Source of the DNA: a virus
Taxonomy: Duplodnaviria > Caudoviricetes
IMG/VR virus record: IMGVR_UViG_3300001598_000036
Span: 32,001 to 96,000 of that record
Direction: 5' to 3' (one strand)
Length of the DNA: 64,000 nt
The notes under the pieces are model-generated. The model did no database searches, was not told the origin of the DNA, and was given only the letters and a program-made list of their open reading frames with translations. The position numbers and the translations under genes are program-made. Below, piece by piece: positions 45,869 to 58,182 of the stretch. The stretch's first letter is position 1; every line of letters starts with the position of its first letter.

Positions 45869-46418
45869 TAAATTCCATCCTCTCTATCGCCGCGAAGTCA
45901 ACAGTCTTTCCTTTCTTTTTCTTTTTCTTTTGTACTACTAATTTTTCCCTATCCAAACTCTGCTTAACTTGTTCTTCTATTTGAGCAAGAATATGATCGC
46001 CATTACGTTCTCTCTTACACCAATATTCACTACTCTCAACATAAACATAGTCAACTATTCCAATACCACCCTGTGCTTTGGAACGGTCGCCTTTTTGAAC
46101 AATATAAAAATACCTCAAAGCAAAATAAATACCCTTTGGGGTTCTTCCTTTTTTCTTTAAATTCTTCCATTGACTATTAAATTTTTGGAAGTCTACTTTA
46201 ATATATAAATCTCTTTGAAGAAATTGATATGCCGCATCCTTCCATAAATCTTCGTCAATATCATTCGTTTTAACATTGTCTTTTTTTGACTGCCAATCGT
46301 TATAACATTTTATATGATAATAACGTCTATTTGAAGGCATTATCCATTCAGTTTCGTCTAAACTATTAGTATCAAAATATTCACCACATACTCTACATTT
46401 AACTAAGTGTTTTGCCAT
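45858..46418 (-). CDS. Zn-binding replication-associated protein (possible helicase loader)
   Basis: CRVC...HIKC; directly upstream of dnaB; start at MAKH after SD. Confidence 0.55.
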   Translation of the reverse strand: MAKHLVKCRVCGEYFDTNSLDETEWIMPSNRRYYHIKCYNDWQSKKDNVKTNDIDEDLWKDAAYQFLQRDLYIKVDFQKFNSQWKNLKKKGRTPKGIYFALRYFYIVQKGDRSKAQGGIGIVDYVYVESSEYWCKRERNGDHILAQIEEQVKQSLDREKLVVQKKKKKKGKTVDFAAIERMEFNDR

Positions 46419-46439
46419 AAAGCCTCCTTTCTTAATTAT

Positions 46440-46468
46440 ATTATAACAAAAAAAGGAAAATTTGTCAA
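46440..46468 (-). promoter_or_regulatory. Sigma70-type early promoter
   Basis: TTGACA-17 nt-TATAAT. Confidence 0.8.
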
Positions 46469-46508
46469 ATTTAAAAGACACAATCTAAATATAGATTGTG
46501 TCCTTATA

Positions 46509-48570
46509 TTATTTACTAGCTAATTCTCTCATTTCGATTACTACCAGTTCAAGTATTGAAGCCTGGTCTTCAGTAATCTCCGAAAGTTTAATCTGTCTGC
46601 CAAAGTTCATTTCTAATTTTTTAAGGATAACGCGAGCCATCTCTTCATCGCCATCTTTTTCTGGATGGACGAGTTTAGTCCAAAGTTCTTTTGCTTCAGT
46701 CATTAAAGCGTCATAATTCGGGCCTTCGATTTCCTTTACTTCCACTTTATCAACAACCCGCGCGCCGTGTGATTCGGCTTCATCGATAGCTTTTGAAATA
46801 GCCTCAACGAGTTGCTGATATCCAAATTCAATCTTTGGTGCGAGATACTTAAATCTTGAACCAGCAAAGAGAGTTGGAGTTTCTCTTGTATAGAGCCATC
46901 TCTTATATTCACCGTCTACATATTCGTTTCCGATGTATCCAATAATATCTACGATACCATTGCATATTTCTGCGGCTCTCTTTGGAAGGTCAGGTGAGAT
47001 AATTTCAATCTCCTGTCCATCTGCTGTTTTTTCAATTCTTGAAGTGTTGTGAGCAATTAATACTACACCATAACCAAGCTGAGTGATTTTACGAAGAGCT
47101 GATTCAAATTCCTTCTTTGATGCGGAATAACCACCCAATTATGTTATCATTAAGTTTTTTATCTTAATTTCTTATACTTGTTATTCGTATAAGTTCAGCA
47201 TATCTTTTCAACCTCCTCCGAGGGTGTAGAAGTCTCGTGCGATTTTATTTCATTATAATAATTCATTCCAACGATTAAATTTTCGTTGTAAAAATAAGGA
47301 ATTGGGAGTATATAATATATTATATATTAATTTAGCTTTTTCTCCATAACCATATAATCTATAAAGAGTTAATTGATTAAATCTGGCGTGTCCTACACTT
47401 AATTCTAATTTGATATTATAATATTCTAATAAAAATTTTTGTATATCTAATAGAAATTGTTTATTAACTGAATTTAATTCAAATGTAAGACTTGTTGTTT
47501 TTTTAACACAACCATCTCCATCAAAAAATCCTCGTATATAATCTATCCAGTATTCTTTATTTAATTTATAAGGAGCATGAAAATCTTCTGAATATGTTTT
47601 ATTAGGTACTATACCATATTCAGCCATCTTTTTTTTAATTTTAGATGACCAAAAATATAATTTACTTTTATGATTTCCATTGATGCAAGAGTAATATTTT
47701 ATAGGACGTTCTGAATTTAATTCTACTCTTATTTTTTCCAATATTTCAGCATCTTCTTCTTGTAATTCTAAATCCAATCTATTTTCAGTAGAATGAACAT
47801 TACCATCAGCCGCCCAAAAACCCAATATATAAGCCATATTAGGAGATTCTGTATCAAAATAATCATCATTTATTAAGAATTTGCGCTTATTGGTCTGTTG
47901 TATTTGTCTAATTTCAATATTATTTTTTAATAGAATTCGTTTTATAACACTTTCTGAAACATTGAACTCTTTACGAAGTTTATTTTTACTAATACCTTTA
48001 TTATAAGAGTCAATTATATATTGTTCTTGCTGTTTTGTAAAGTTCTTCATCCGAAGCACCTCCTTATATTTAATTATAATGTTTAATAATCGTATGCGTT
48101 GCACGTGTTAAGGCTTTTAAACCAAAACTTCCGTTCGGGTTGCCATTTCAGGGTTTCCCGTTTTTACTTCTATTTTTTTAAGTAGTTTATACTACAGAGG
48201 GGCAGTGGTATAATTTACCCCAAGGAATATCAGCAATCTTCTGAACTGAATTCTGTGAGCAAATAAACTGTTCACATAAATCCCAAGCAATAGTGATAGT
48301 ATCAATGATAATTGTTTCGTACATCTCTTTTGCTTCTGGTTTTTCTAACTGACGCAGAATTAATTTGAAATCACTCCAACGAGTAATGTCTGCGGCGCGA
48401 ACTCCGCCAATAGCATTATATCCTTTCTCGAACGCACAAAGAAGTGAGTTCGGGAAAGAAGTTGCTGCGGTAGTCTTGCCGCTCTTTGGCTTACCATAAA
48501 GAAGTACATATTTACCCCTTAAATCTCGTGAAATAACTGACGGTTGAATACCTAAAATATCAATTGCCAT
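46509..48570 (-). CDS. Phage AAA/P-loop ATPase (Sak4-like recombinase), spliced (exons 48570-48217, 47135-46509; 326 aa)
   Basis: YGKPKSGKTT, IIIDT and LIAH motifs; joining gives DIPWGGGYS; adjacent to SSB-like gene. Confidence 0.8.
47136..48216 (-). mobile_element. Group I intron in AAA ATPase gene (1081 nt)
   Basis: P1 GGGGU/GCCCC, terminal G, variant P7 GCAUA/UAUGC. Confidence 0.85.
47253..48050 (-). CDS. Intron-encoded LAGLIDADG homing endonuclease
   Basis: AYILGFWAADG and YIRGFFDGDG motifs; no in-frame TGA. Confidence 0.85.
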   Translation of the reverse strand: MKNFTKQQEQYIIDSYNKGISKNKLRKEFNVSESVIKRILLKNNIEIRQIQQTNKRKFLINDDYFDTESPNMAYILGFWAADGNVHSTENRLDLELQEEDAEILEKIRVELNSERPIKYYSCINGNHKSKLYFWSSKIKKKMAEYGIVPNKTYSEDFHAPYKLNKEYWIDYIRGFFDGDGCVKKTTSLTFELNSVNKQFLLDIQKFLLEYYNIKLELSVGHARFNQLTLYRLYGYGEKAKLIYNILYTPNSLFLQRKFNRWNELL

Positions 48571-48586
48571 TTATATCACCTCCAGA

Positions 48587-49489
48587 TTAAAATCCCAGAT
48601 CGCTACCAAGTCCTGACTGTGTTGGAGTTGCCTTTGTCTTTGTTCTGGACATATCCTTTTCTTTTCTTGCTTCAAGGTCTGCCTTTCTTGCAGCAAGAGC
48701 TGATTTGATTTCATCCATATTAAATGCAAAGTCGCCTTCCAGTGGAGTCTGACTTCCTCCTGTGATTACCAAATCTGATACGTTAATTGTCTTAACCTTT
48801 TCAATTGGCTCACCAAATCCAACTTCTTCGTGTACAATTTCAGTCTGTGAGCTGAAGTTCAGCTTACCACTTGCCTTAACTGTGTCACCTTCGTTCCAGT
48901 AATTTGAAACTGCATCGATAACTCCTGCGCTCTCTGCGAAGAAAGGAATGATGTCTACCTTATCTCCCCACTGAGGAAGGATGCCATTAACTCTATATCT
49001 TCCAGTTTCTACTCCGTCTTTATCTACTTCTGCAATCTTGTTTGCTACTACAAACTGTACTTCAAAAGTAGCTCTTGGATTAAGTTCATCTTTCTTTACT
49101 TTTGAAACGAATGAAGCATTTACTCTTGGATATGAGATGAGCTGCTCATTCTGTCCCCAATATTCATTCATTCTAAGCTGTCCTGATGTGATTCTTACTC
49201 TATCAGCATCATCTTCGCCTACTGCGGCGATTGACTTATATTCGTTCATAATTCTTTCGATTGATTCGAAAGCTGGATTCTTAGTTCCTTTATTTGTAAG
49301 TTCACTTGCGAACATCTGTACAGGAATCTCGAGCTGTTTTTCAACTTTATTAATTTCCTGTGTTACTCTAACCTTGATGTTGCCACCAATTGACTTCATC
49401 TGACTTCCATTCTTATTGAATGAGCCGAGCTTGAGGTCGATTTCGCTAAGAATACCTTCGATTACTACTTTGTTTTCTGCCTGATTCAT
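48587..49489 (-). CDS. Single-stranded DNA-binding-like protein
   Basis: N.V.IEG.L start, acidic/aromatic C-terminus DLGF, highly expressed codon usage, next to the AAA ATPase. Confidence 0.6.
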   Translation of the reverse strand: MNQAENKVVIEGILSEIDLKLGSFNKNGSQMKSIGGNIKVRVTQEINKVEKQLEIPVQMFASELTNKGTKNPAFESIERIMNEYKSIAAVGEDDADRVRITSGQLRMNEYWGQNEQLISYPRVNASFVSKVKKDELNPRATFEVQFVVANKIAEVDKDGVETGRYRVNGILPQWGDKVDIIPFFAESAGVIDAVSNYWNEGDTVKASGKLNFSSQTEIVHEEVGFGEPIEKVKTINVSDLVITGGSQTPLEGDFAFNMDEIKSALAARKADLEARKEKDMSRTKTKATPTQSGLGSDLGF

Positions 49490-49576
49490 AATTTTTCTCC
49501 TTTAGTTTGTTCATTTAAAATTTTAAAAAAAGTAGGGCTTCCGAAGAAGCCCATATATCTTCTTTTTGTTTATTGC

Positions 49577-49825
49577 TTATTTGTCTTCCAGTGCGTCAAA
49601 TGCAGCTTCCCAATCTGGAGTCAGAACTACATAAGTAACTTCTTCTTCGCCATTCTTTTCCTTCTGTCTTTCAGCAATCTTCTTCTTTGTCAGGTCTGTT
49701 ACGTTAGCGCCAACACTTCTTGATGGTCTGTTCAGTGCTTCGCACAGTTCAGGGATACTAACCTTTCCACCTGCGTTCTTTACATATTCGAATACTTCTG
49801 TTGATTTTTCTGTAAGCTTTGCCAT
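49577..49825 (-). CDS. Small winged-helix DNA-binding protein
   Basis: VSIPELCEALNRPSRSVGANVTDL helix-turn-helix pattern. Confidence 0.6.
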   Translation of the reverse strand: MAKLTEKSTEVFEYVKNAGGKVSIPELCEALNRPSRSVGANVTDLTKKKIAERQKEKNGEEEVTYVVLTPDWEAAFDALEDK

Positions 49826-49911
49826 AATTTTTTTCTCCTTATAATTAAAATATTTTTTGTTGCCAATTCGGCTTGACTTCTTAAGGTTTTCTCTCTTAAC
49901 CTTATATATAT

Positions 49912-49940
49912 ATTATAGTAGAAATTTGGTTATTTGTCAA
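49912..49940 (-). promoter_or_regulatory. Sigma70-type early promoter
   Basis: TTGACA-17 nt-TATAAT. Confidence 0.8.
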
Positions 49941-49963
49941 AATTTTCCACCATAATTTTTAAA

Positions 49964-52900
49964 TTAAAATTTAGAAATTCCTACTATTTTATCTTTTTCT
50001 GAAATTTTCATTGAGCGTGTTCCTACTGCTCCTCTACCTAATAGAGAAATTTCATTTAACTTAAGTTTGATTTGAGTTTTACTTGCTACGATTACTATTG
50101 ATGATTCGTTAGTAATAGGTAGGAAATCTACTAATTTTTCTTCTTTTGCTTTATGGAGTTTTACTCCTTTGGTGTTTAAATTAGTAGTTGATATGTCGTT
50201 GGCGGCCGACCGTTTAATATAGCCGTCGCTAGTGATTGAAACATACTCTCGTGTTTCCGCTGGAATAGCATCGGCCGCAACCAACGTATCTCCTGCGTTA
50301 AGCTTCATTCCAATTCTTCCTTTGGCTACTCTGCCGAGAGGGCGAATATCTTTTGTTTCAACTACGATGAATTGACCTTCTGCTGAAAGCATACCAATCT
50401 TTTCTTCGTTTATGAAGAGAACGCTACATATTTCATCATTAGCAGCCAATTCCATTGCTTTTACTCCGCCTTTGCGGTTTGTATTATATTCGCTGATTAA
50501 ACTCTTTTTAATCATTCCTTGTTTAGTGCAGAATACGATATACTTCTTTGAGTTCTTCTTATCAATCGAAGTAAGCGCGCATACTACATCGGAATCTATA
50601 TTAGTAAATGATTCAATTGGAATCTTTTCTCCAATAGGAAGGTTCTTCATAGGACAGTTAAATACATTTCCTCGTTTAGTAAACATCAGCATTATCTGTG
50701 TATTTGCGCCGGATGTTGTTGATACGATGTATTCACCTTTATTGAGTTTAATCTTTGAACCTACATTACCACGAGTCTGTGTATAGAGTGAAGATATTTC
50801 TGATACTATCAGATTATTCATATTAGTTAATGAAACTTGATATGCTTTTTCTTCTGTTGGTTCATCATCTTCGTTCTCTATATTGAGAATACGTGTACGG
50901 CGCGCGTCTCCAAATTTTGTAGCAACTTCTTTCAGTCCTTTTTCAATTTCTGCTTTAAGAAGTTTCTCATCATTTAGAATCGCTTTTAAATCTGATATTA
51001 ATTGAAGTAAATCAACTTTTTCTTTTTCGAGTTTCTGTACTTCCAAATGTGCTAGTCTACTCAATTTCATATCAAGGACTGCTTTTGCTTGCGCCGCATC
51101 AAGTAAAAACTTGTAGCATAAATTTTTAGCAGCGGCCGCAGTCGACGTAGAACTCTTAATTGTATCTACGACTTCATTAATTGATGCCATACAAATCAAT
51201 AATCCTTCTACGATATGAAGTCTTTCTTCTGCTTTCTTAATATCAAATTCATATCCTCTAGTATATACCTCAATTTCGTGATTGATATGCGCTTGCAAAG
51301 CCTCTTTCCAAGAAAATACTCTTGGAAAGCGACCATTCTCAAGCATTGTCATATTAATACCATAGTGGTATTGAAGGGAGGTATTTTTATAAAGAAAACG
51401 CAGAACTCTATCAGGATTTGCGTTCTTTTTTAAATAAATTTTTATCAGTGGCGTTTCGCCCGTTAAATCGTTGAATCTATCTACTCCTGGATTTTCATCA
51501 TCTTCAAGTATTGATTCTAATTCTTTACAAATAGTATTAGTATAAACCGAATAAGGAATTTCAGTAACTACTAAACACTTATCTTTTGAATTATAATCTA
51601 CAACAGCACGTAACTTACACGCTTTACCATATCCATCTTTTAATGAATCTTTTACTTCGTTCTCATTTAAAAGCATCGCGCCAGTTGGAAAGTCGGGCGC
51701 ACAATAAATATCATCAAAACTACAATCTGGATTCCAAAGCAAATGAATTAACGCATTATTCACTTCAGTAAGATTAAATCCTGGAATTGATGAAGCTGCA
51801 CCAACCGTGGTGCTCCATTATTTCTAATGGCACAGACTATATCTTAATTATTTAATATATATTAAATAACGATTACCGTTTCGAACTATGTACCAATAAT
51901 AGTCCTACTCTCCCGTTCCGGAGATAGTCGTTACAGACTTTTTAGAGCCGCGATTTGGATAAAAGTTTCGTATTGGATATTTTTCATTATTTTGTTTATA
52001 TCTTTTACCTTTATTAATATCGCTAATTGTATCATAACTACAGTTAAAATGTTTTCCTATTTCTTCTAATGTATAATTTGGATTTAATAATTCATTCTTT
52101 ATTTGTTGTATTTCTTCTTGTGTTAATCTTATACTTTTTCTTGTTTTTCTTAAAGGAAAAGATAAAGAAATATTTTTACAATATGGATGTTTACCAGTAT
52201 TAATATTAGTAATAGTTGAAACTCCTATACCAGTAATATTACTAATTTCTTGTCTTGATTTATTAGTAGTGTTTAATAAAAATATTGCCTGTTCTAATTG
52301 TTCATTAGAAAAACTATTATGTTTTTCAGTATATTCTTGTTTACCTTGTCCAAGTCTAATTGGATAAGTTAATGAGGAATTATAATATGTTTTTCCTTGA
52401 TTAATTCTACCAATAGTATCTGGATGTACATTGTAAATATTACTAATATATACATTACTATATTGTTTTTCCAATAAAGAAATAATATTATTTATATCAT
52501 CTTGTGAAAATTTGGAAGCACTATTATTAACACCATAATCCGCTCCATCTCCACCTTCTGAAATATTATAACCATATTCTGAATTATTAGAGTGTTTAAG
52601 ATTGATAAAATATTTTTCTAATTCACACTGCTCTTTAAAATTATATTGTTCTTGATTATATAATATATCAATATCTATATCCTCATAAGAATTAAAATAT
52701 TTTTTTAAAGCAGATTGACATAAAGTATAATCAATTTTAGAATAATGTTCTCAAATTCTATGTTTAATATCTATTGAGCGTCCAATATAAATTTTATTAT
52801 TAGGAAAATTAATTTGATAAATACCACTTATATGTGGTAAAAGTTCTGTATATTTCATGATACTACCTCTCTAAAATTTCCACGGAATTGCCTTCTATTT

Positions 52901-54655
52901 ATAAGTAGAAATTTTATTAAATTCCTATATTAAAATCAAGTTTTTCATAAAATTTTATAAACGGTCAGGTTTCTCCGTTAGCCGCGAATGCGACCCCGCT
53001 GGTTAGCGGAAAGGTAATAACACAGGCTATATTACTAACCAATTCCCATAGTTGGATTAACTATATTATAATAACCTTTTGATGATAATACCATTGGATA
53101 CTGTTCAGTATCATCATAATTATCTTTCCATTCTTCAATAGTATCTTTCTTAATATCTTTAAATAGATATTCAGCTAAAGGAGAAAGTCTTGAGCTAGTA
53201 TATCTCGCGGCTGACCAATTACCCGGCGCCATAAGATTACCATACGAACCTTCTACTTCTACCAATGGATATCTCATCGCAAAAGGCTGACCAGCACGCA
53301 TAATAACTCCTTCGCAAGAACTGTCCAATAGTTATTAACTGTAAGCTTTTTATCTTACACTCTGGAGATTTCTCTCATTTTCATCGGTTAGTTAATTCTA
53401 ACCCAGTTTAGCATATCTTTTTAATTTCGTCTGCCAACTTCTGTTTTCTATCAAGTGAAATACAATTATTATATCATAAATAATTTGCTATTTTTTTTCT
53501 ATCTGATTTAGAAGTATATTCTATACGATATATAACACCATGTTTCCCTATATTTTTTGGAATAATATCTAATGTTTGATAAAAATGTTGTTGTATTTTA
53601 TACAACAAATCATAACTACCTATTAATCCTATATTAGATAAATTTTGTTTTATATATCCATCTCCATCATAATAACCTCTAATAAAATCAGTAGGAAAAT
53701 CTGTTTCTATTCACTGTTCTTTTCCCGATTTTTGTGGTTTAATACCTAAATTAAATAAATCTTTATGAGTTTCACTACAACATAATTGTATATGAGCTAA
53801 TTTATTACCTGTCGTTGGATGTGTAGTAATTTGTACTATATCTTGTTGTGCCTCAACAAAATTAGCAAATTTATATAAATGTTTTTTATCTTCTGCACTA
53901 ATATCAATAGAGAAATGTCCTATAAAACTATTTTTATTTGTTAAATGTAAACATCCATCTGCTAAGATAAAACCTAATCAATAAGCTTTTTCTGGTGTAT
54001 CAATAGTTTTAAATATTTCTCTATTTCATCCAACATTATAAGTTTTTCTTTGAACATCATTTCAATATAATTTTTTAATTTGCAGAAAATCTTTTTCTTC
54101 TATATAATATGGCTGTCCATGTTTATAATTTTCTTGTATATTTAATCAACCTTTTTTAACTCATTTGCAAATAGTTTGTGAATTAATATTGTATTTTTTT
54201 TGTAATTGTGAAGTTGTCATTTTCATTATATCTTTCTCCTATTTGTGTCTATATTTAAGTAGAAACTTATAGATGTAAGATATAATTTTAAAAAATTATT
54301 GGGGCCTCGTGGTAGGATTATATCTTTTCACCTACTATGCGTTGCGGCTGGAATAATTTTATTATTCCTTCACCTCTGATTGGCATATCGTTAGACTTAG
54401 CTTCCCAGATTTTTTCCCCAATTTAGACACGGCAACTTATTTACCGTGTATATACATACGCATAGCTGAACCTATTGCTTTAAGAGTTTTCTTGAATGGT
54501 TTATTATGTACGAACTTATCTGTTTCCAAACAATAAAAGATTTGACGTGCTGATGGTTTAAGACAATCACGTGCATCTACAAGTGCGCGCGATTGAAGCA
54601 CGGCTCCAGCATAAGCTGTAAAACTATCTTCAATTATAGGTTTTAAATTACTCAT
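49964..54655 (-). CDS. gyrA: Type II topoisomerase subunit A, three exons (54655-54443, 53325-53038, 51805-49964; 780 aa)
   Basis: RALVDARDCLKP, HG|DSS, AARYT (catalytic Tyr), GIG|VGAASSIP, PDFPTG, C-terminal pinwheel repeats. Confidence 0.9.
51905..52858 (-). CDS. Intron-encoded GIY-YIG endonuclease, 317 aa (TGA=Trp)
   Basis: SGIYQI...IYIGRS..IKHRI[W]EH; frame continuous into ORF 51905. Confidence 0.82.
52893..52908 (-). promoter_or_regulatory. Intron-internal putative late promoter CTACTTATAAATAGAA
   Basis: Identical to 19722-19737; ~35 nt before the endonuclease ATG. Confidence 0.6.
53408..54226 (-). CDS. Intron-encoded LAGLIDADG endonuclease, 272 aa (7 TGA=Trp; absent from ORF track)
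   Basis: EKAY[W]LGFILADG and FIRGYYDGDG motifs; SD AGGAG. Confidence 0.85.
54247..54262 (-). promoter_or_regulatory. Intron-internal putative late promoter (CTACTTAAATATAGAC)
   Basis: Repeated motif just before the endonuclease SD. Confidence 0.5.
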
Positions 54656-55098
54656 ATCTCTTCTCCTAAATATTTTTTTATTACATCGTTAAAGCATCCT
54701 CTATTTTTAAATGCTTTTTTCATAAAACACATAGCAATACCTTTTTCTGCATCGAATTCATCTTCGGGATGGCATTTAACCATTGTTGTTCCACCAGACT
54801 TCCATACTATTGTAACGATTTTTTTCTTTTCGTTAATATGGATATGTTTTACATCTCCATCTGGTTTTTTCGGCGCTTTAATTAACTTAGCATCAGTTAT
54901 CTTTCTTACTGAATTATAAGAAGCACCTTTAATACAATCAACTATGACTACGGAATTATTATATGTAGTAACATTATCAGCTACTATATCATAAACTCCA
55001 CCTCTGATAAAATCAAGAGTTGATGCATATTCATAAACTTTACTATTTGGATTTACTGTTTTGTTTTTATTAGTGAATGCTACAAAAACTGTGTTCAT
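54652..55098 (-). CDS. Hypothetical phage protein
   Basis: ORF; TIVW..G.TTMVKC...DEFDAEKGIAMC..KK motif common in phages. Confidence 0.7.
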   Translation of the reverse strand: MNTVFVAFTNKNKTVNPNSKVYEYASTLDFIRGGVYDIVADNVTTYNNSVVIVDCIKGASYNSVRKITDAKLIKAPKKPDGDVKHIHINEKKKIVTIVWKSGGTTMVKCHPEDEFDAEKGIAMCFMKKAFKNRGCFNDVIKKYLGEEI

Positions 55099-55132
55099 TA
55101 AAAATATCTCCTTTCGTTTATATTATATATTA

Positions 55133-55161
55133 ATTATAACTAAAAAAGAAGAGAAAATCAA
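55133..55161 (-). promoter_or_regulatory. Sigma70-type early promoter
   Basis: TTGATT-17 nt-TATAAT. Confidence 0.7.
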
Positions 55162-55179
55162 ATTTCTCTTCTTTTAATT

Positions 55180-58066
55180 TTATTCCCTCAATTCTGAAAA
55201 ATCAATTTGATTAAATACATATTTTCTTCTTGGCTCTATATCTGCACCCATCAGTTGTTCAAGCAACACCAAACTATCACTATCAGGCTTCAATACTTCC
55301 ATTCTTTGATACTCTTCCGAAAACATCGAATTCTTCGCCTGTGCGGCAGACAATGCACCAAGTCCCTTATTACGCTGTACTTCTCCTTTTACAGTTCCTC
55401 TATTATTAAATTCTTCATCGGTAAAATAATAGAGTTCTTTCTTATTCTGCTTAATAATATACAACGGAGAACGAAGCCAACATAATCTTCCTTCGTTCAA
55501 AAACTCAGGTGCTAAATATCGTAATGCGGCCATTATTAAAAGACCTATGTGCGAGCCATCACTCAGTTATTCCATTATTTCTAATGGCCTAGACTATATT
55601 TTACCCAATAGGGAATGCTCTTTCCCAATACGTATCAATAGTATCAGTACTCCCGGTCTCACCCAGGATAGTCGTTACAGGCTTCTCTTATCAATCCATT
55701 CTTTCTTTTTCTTACTATAAACTGGTAAATGTTTATAGTGTCTTCCTCATAAAATCGCTTGTAGTGTTTGATATTTTAATCTATCTTCATAATTTTTATA
55801 AATATCTTTTGCTGATTCATTTACATATCTTCTACGACATTCCATAACTTCCTCATCAGTAAGAACTGCCATTTCTGATGCACCGCCATTAGTCGCTTGA
55901 TACATATAATATTCTTTATTTTCTTTGGTATAAACTTCTGATCTAATATCTTTTCACGTTGTTCCATCTCATATAGAAGCAAACGCTCCAAAACTAATTC
56001 TATCTTTGAATAATTCATAAATTTCTTTTCTACGTTTATGTTGGTTATAACAATCTCTAATATATTCTACATCTTTATTAGTTAAATTAGTTCGTCCGTT
56101 ATTTTCTCCTCGACTATCTCCTCCGCCAGGATTACAATTATAGCCAAATCCTTTATATGTGTTATAATATTCTATTCAATAGATTTCTTTTTCATCTAAT
56201 TCTTTCAAAGAACATTCTTCAATAGTTTCATATGTAAAAGCGTCTATACCATATTTACGAATTGCTCTATCGATTGCTAAATCAGTTTTATTTTGATGTT
56301 CTGAAATTCTTCTTTGAATATCATTAGATTGACCAATATAAGCTTTTCCATTTTCTTTTTTAGTGATTTTATATATTCCTATCATCACAGCACCTCCTGT
56401 AATAATAAGAATGGATTGATTTAGATTCCCACGGTATTACCATATCCTTATAGGACTTAGGCTCTCTTACCACCTTAATCTTTCGATTTAGTTGACCGTT
56501 AGCCTACTCTATATGCTACCCATCCTTACATATATAAGTAGACCCTCTTGATAAAGAGTAAAGCATTTTAGGACAGTTTCGTTAAATTCTATCCGCATCT
56601 GTACAAATAGCAATACGCCCGTACCGCAGTTTATCACTACGGTACTTGCCGGGGACTATATTCATCGCCGACATAAGCGTTTTAATTTCCTCATTCTGAA
56701 ATATCTTTTCTTCTGGATGTGCAAGACAATTCAAAATCTTACCTTTAATAGCAAGTATTCCATATTTTGATACATCGCGCGCCATCGACATAGAAGCTGC
56801 AGCGGAATCTCCTTCTACAATCAACAAAGTAGAATTCTGCCCAAGAAATTCAGCATCTTTCAGTTTATCCGAACTAAATACTTTCTTCTTCTGATTCTTC
56901 TCTATATCTTTTGTCGCGTTCAGTATATTCTGCCTAGCTCGTTCAGCTGCGGCTTCTGCTCTTGCGACTTTATTTAATAATTCAATTACTTTATTAAAAT
57001 CATCTTTGTATCTAATAGCAAAATCTTTTAATGCATCGCTAATTGCGGTAGATGTTGCGCTTCTAGCTTCTGGATTAGCCAAAGCAGTTTTTTGTTGATT
57101 AGTAAATTGTCCCATTTTTACTTTTACACTTACATAACCATCTAATACATTACGAATAGTATCTCCATCGTATTTAGATTTTGCAAGAGAATTAAAAGTT
57201 CTTGTTAAAGAAGATTTAAATCCACTAATAAAAGCTCCGCCATCTGGCATATATAAATTATTAGCATATCCTCTTATTTCTCCATTTTTACTAACCCATT
57301 GTAAAGCTAAATCTACTTTACAATCATCAGTTTCATAATGATAACTAAAAGGTTTGGAAAGAGGATTGGGATTACATAATCCATCTGCTAAACCATTTTT
57401 TGAATAAAATTTTTCTATTTTTTTATTATCTATTTTTAATTCTATTGATAATCCAGTAGAGAACATAGACATTTCTTTTAAAGATTGTTTTAATGATTCT
57501 ATATCAATAAATACGTCACCATATACTTTAGAAGAAGGAACATATTTTATTAAAGTACCTGTTTGATTATTTTCTCTTTCTCCAATTTTTTCTATAACTT
57601 CAGAAGTAGCTCGCGCGCCTTCTTCGTCAGATATAAATTTTTGAGAATATATTTTTTTATCTCTCCATACAGTTACTTCTAACCAATCAGCAGTATGGCA
57701 TACAATTTTATTACCTTCTCCATTAATACCTACAGCACTGCTATATACTCCTTCTTGATGCTTTCCTCCTGAATGAGGGACAAGAAATGCTGCAGTTAAT
57801 GAATTCATTCCATCTTCTCTAATTCCTACTGGGATTCCACGCATATTGTCTTCTACGGAAATTTCTCTAGTTTTAGTATTTAGAGAAATTCTCATATATG
57901 GATTTTTTGGTTTGTATACTTCATATTCATCTTGAACATTTACTATTAATTCTCTTAATCCAAGATTTATTGCTTCTTGTCTATCTGCTGATAAATACAT
58001 TCCAATTTTTTCTCTAAATGCTCTACCAGCTGATAAAGATACGATATCATTAGCAGTATAATTCAT
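55180..58066 (-). CDS. gyrB: Type II topoisomerase subunit B, spliced (exons 58066-56591, 55563-55180; 619 aa)
   Basis: EDNMRGIP, HSGGK, VEGDSA, KGKILN; joining restores DADSDGSHI; RNKGLG. Confidence 0.9.
55564..56590 (-). mobile_element. Group I intron in gyrB (1027 nt)
   Basis: P1 GGAU/GUCC, terminal G, P7 GACUA/UAGUC. Confidence 0.88.
55675..56385 (-). CDS. Intron-encoded GIY-YIG endonuclease, 236 aa (4 TGA=Trp)
   Basis: IGIYKI...YIGQS...EKEIY[W]IEYY...GYN. Confidence 0.83.
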
Positions 58067-58121
58067 CTACAATCTCCTTTAATTTTTCTTCTATATTATC
58101 TTTGTCCGTTTTAATAATTTT

Positions 58122-58150
58122 ATTATACACAAATTTTTTCTATAAATCAA
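58122..58150 (-). promoter_or_regulatory. Sigma70-type early promoter for gyrB
   Basis: TTGATT-17 nt-TATAAT. Confidence 0.7.
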
Positions 58151-58182
58151 ATTCTAAATAGTAGACTAATCAATTAAAAATT

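Larger units (their letters stand above)
51806..53037 (-). mobile_element. Group I intron gyrA-I2 (1232 nt)
   Basis: Exon ends GGU, terminal G, P7 GACUA/UAGUC; core resembles recJ and gyrB introns. Confidence 0.88.
53326..54442 (-). mobile_element. Group I intron gyrA-I1 (1117 nt)
   Basis: P1 CACGGU/GCCGUG, terminal G, variant P7 GCAUA/UAUGC. Confidence 0.88.

Noticed and set aside
31977-48050. Claim that all nucleases are locked by TGA
   Set aside because: The nrdJ, recJ and AAA intron endonucleases and the HNH contain no in-frame TGA
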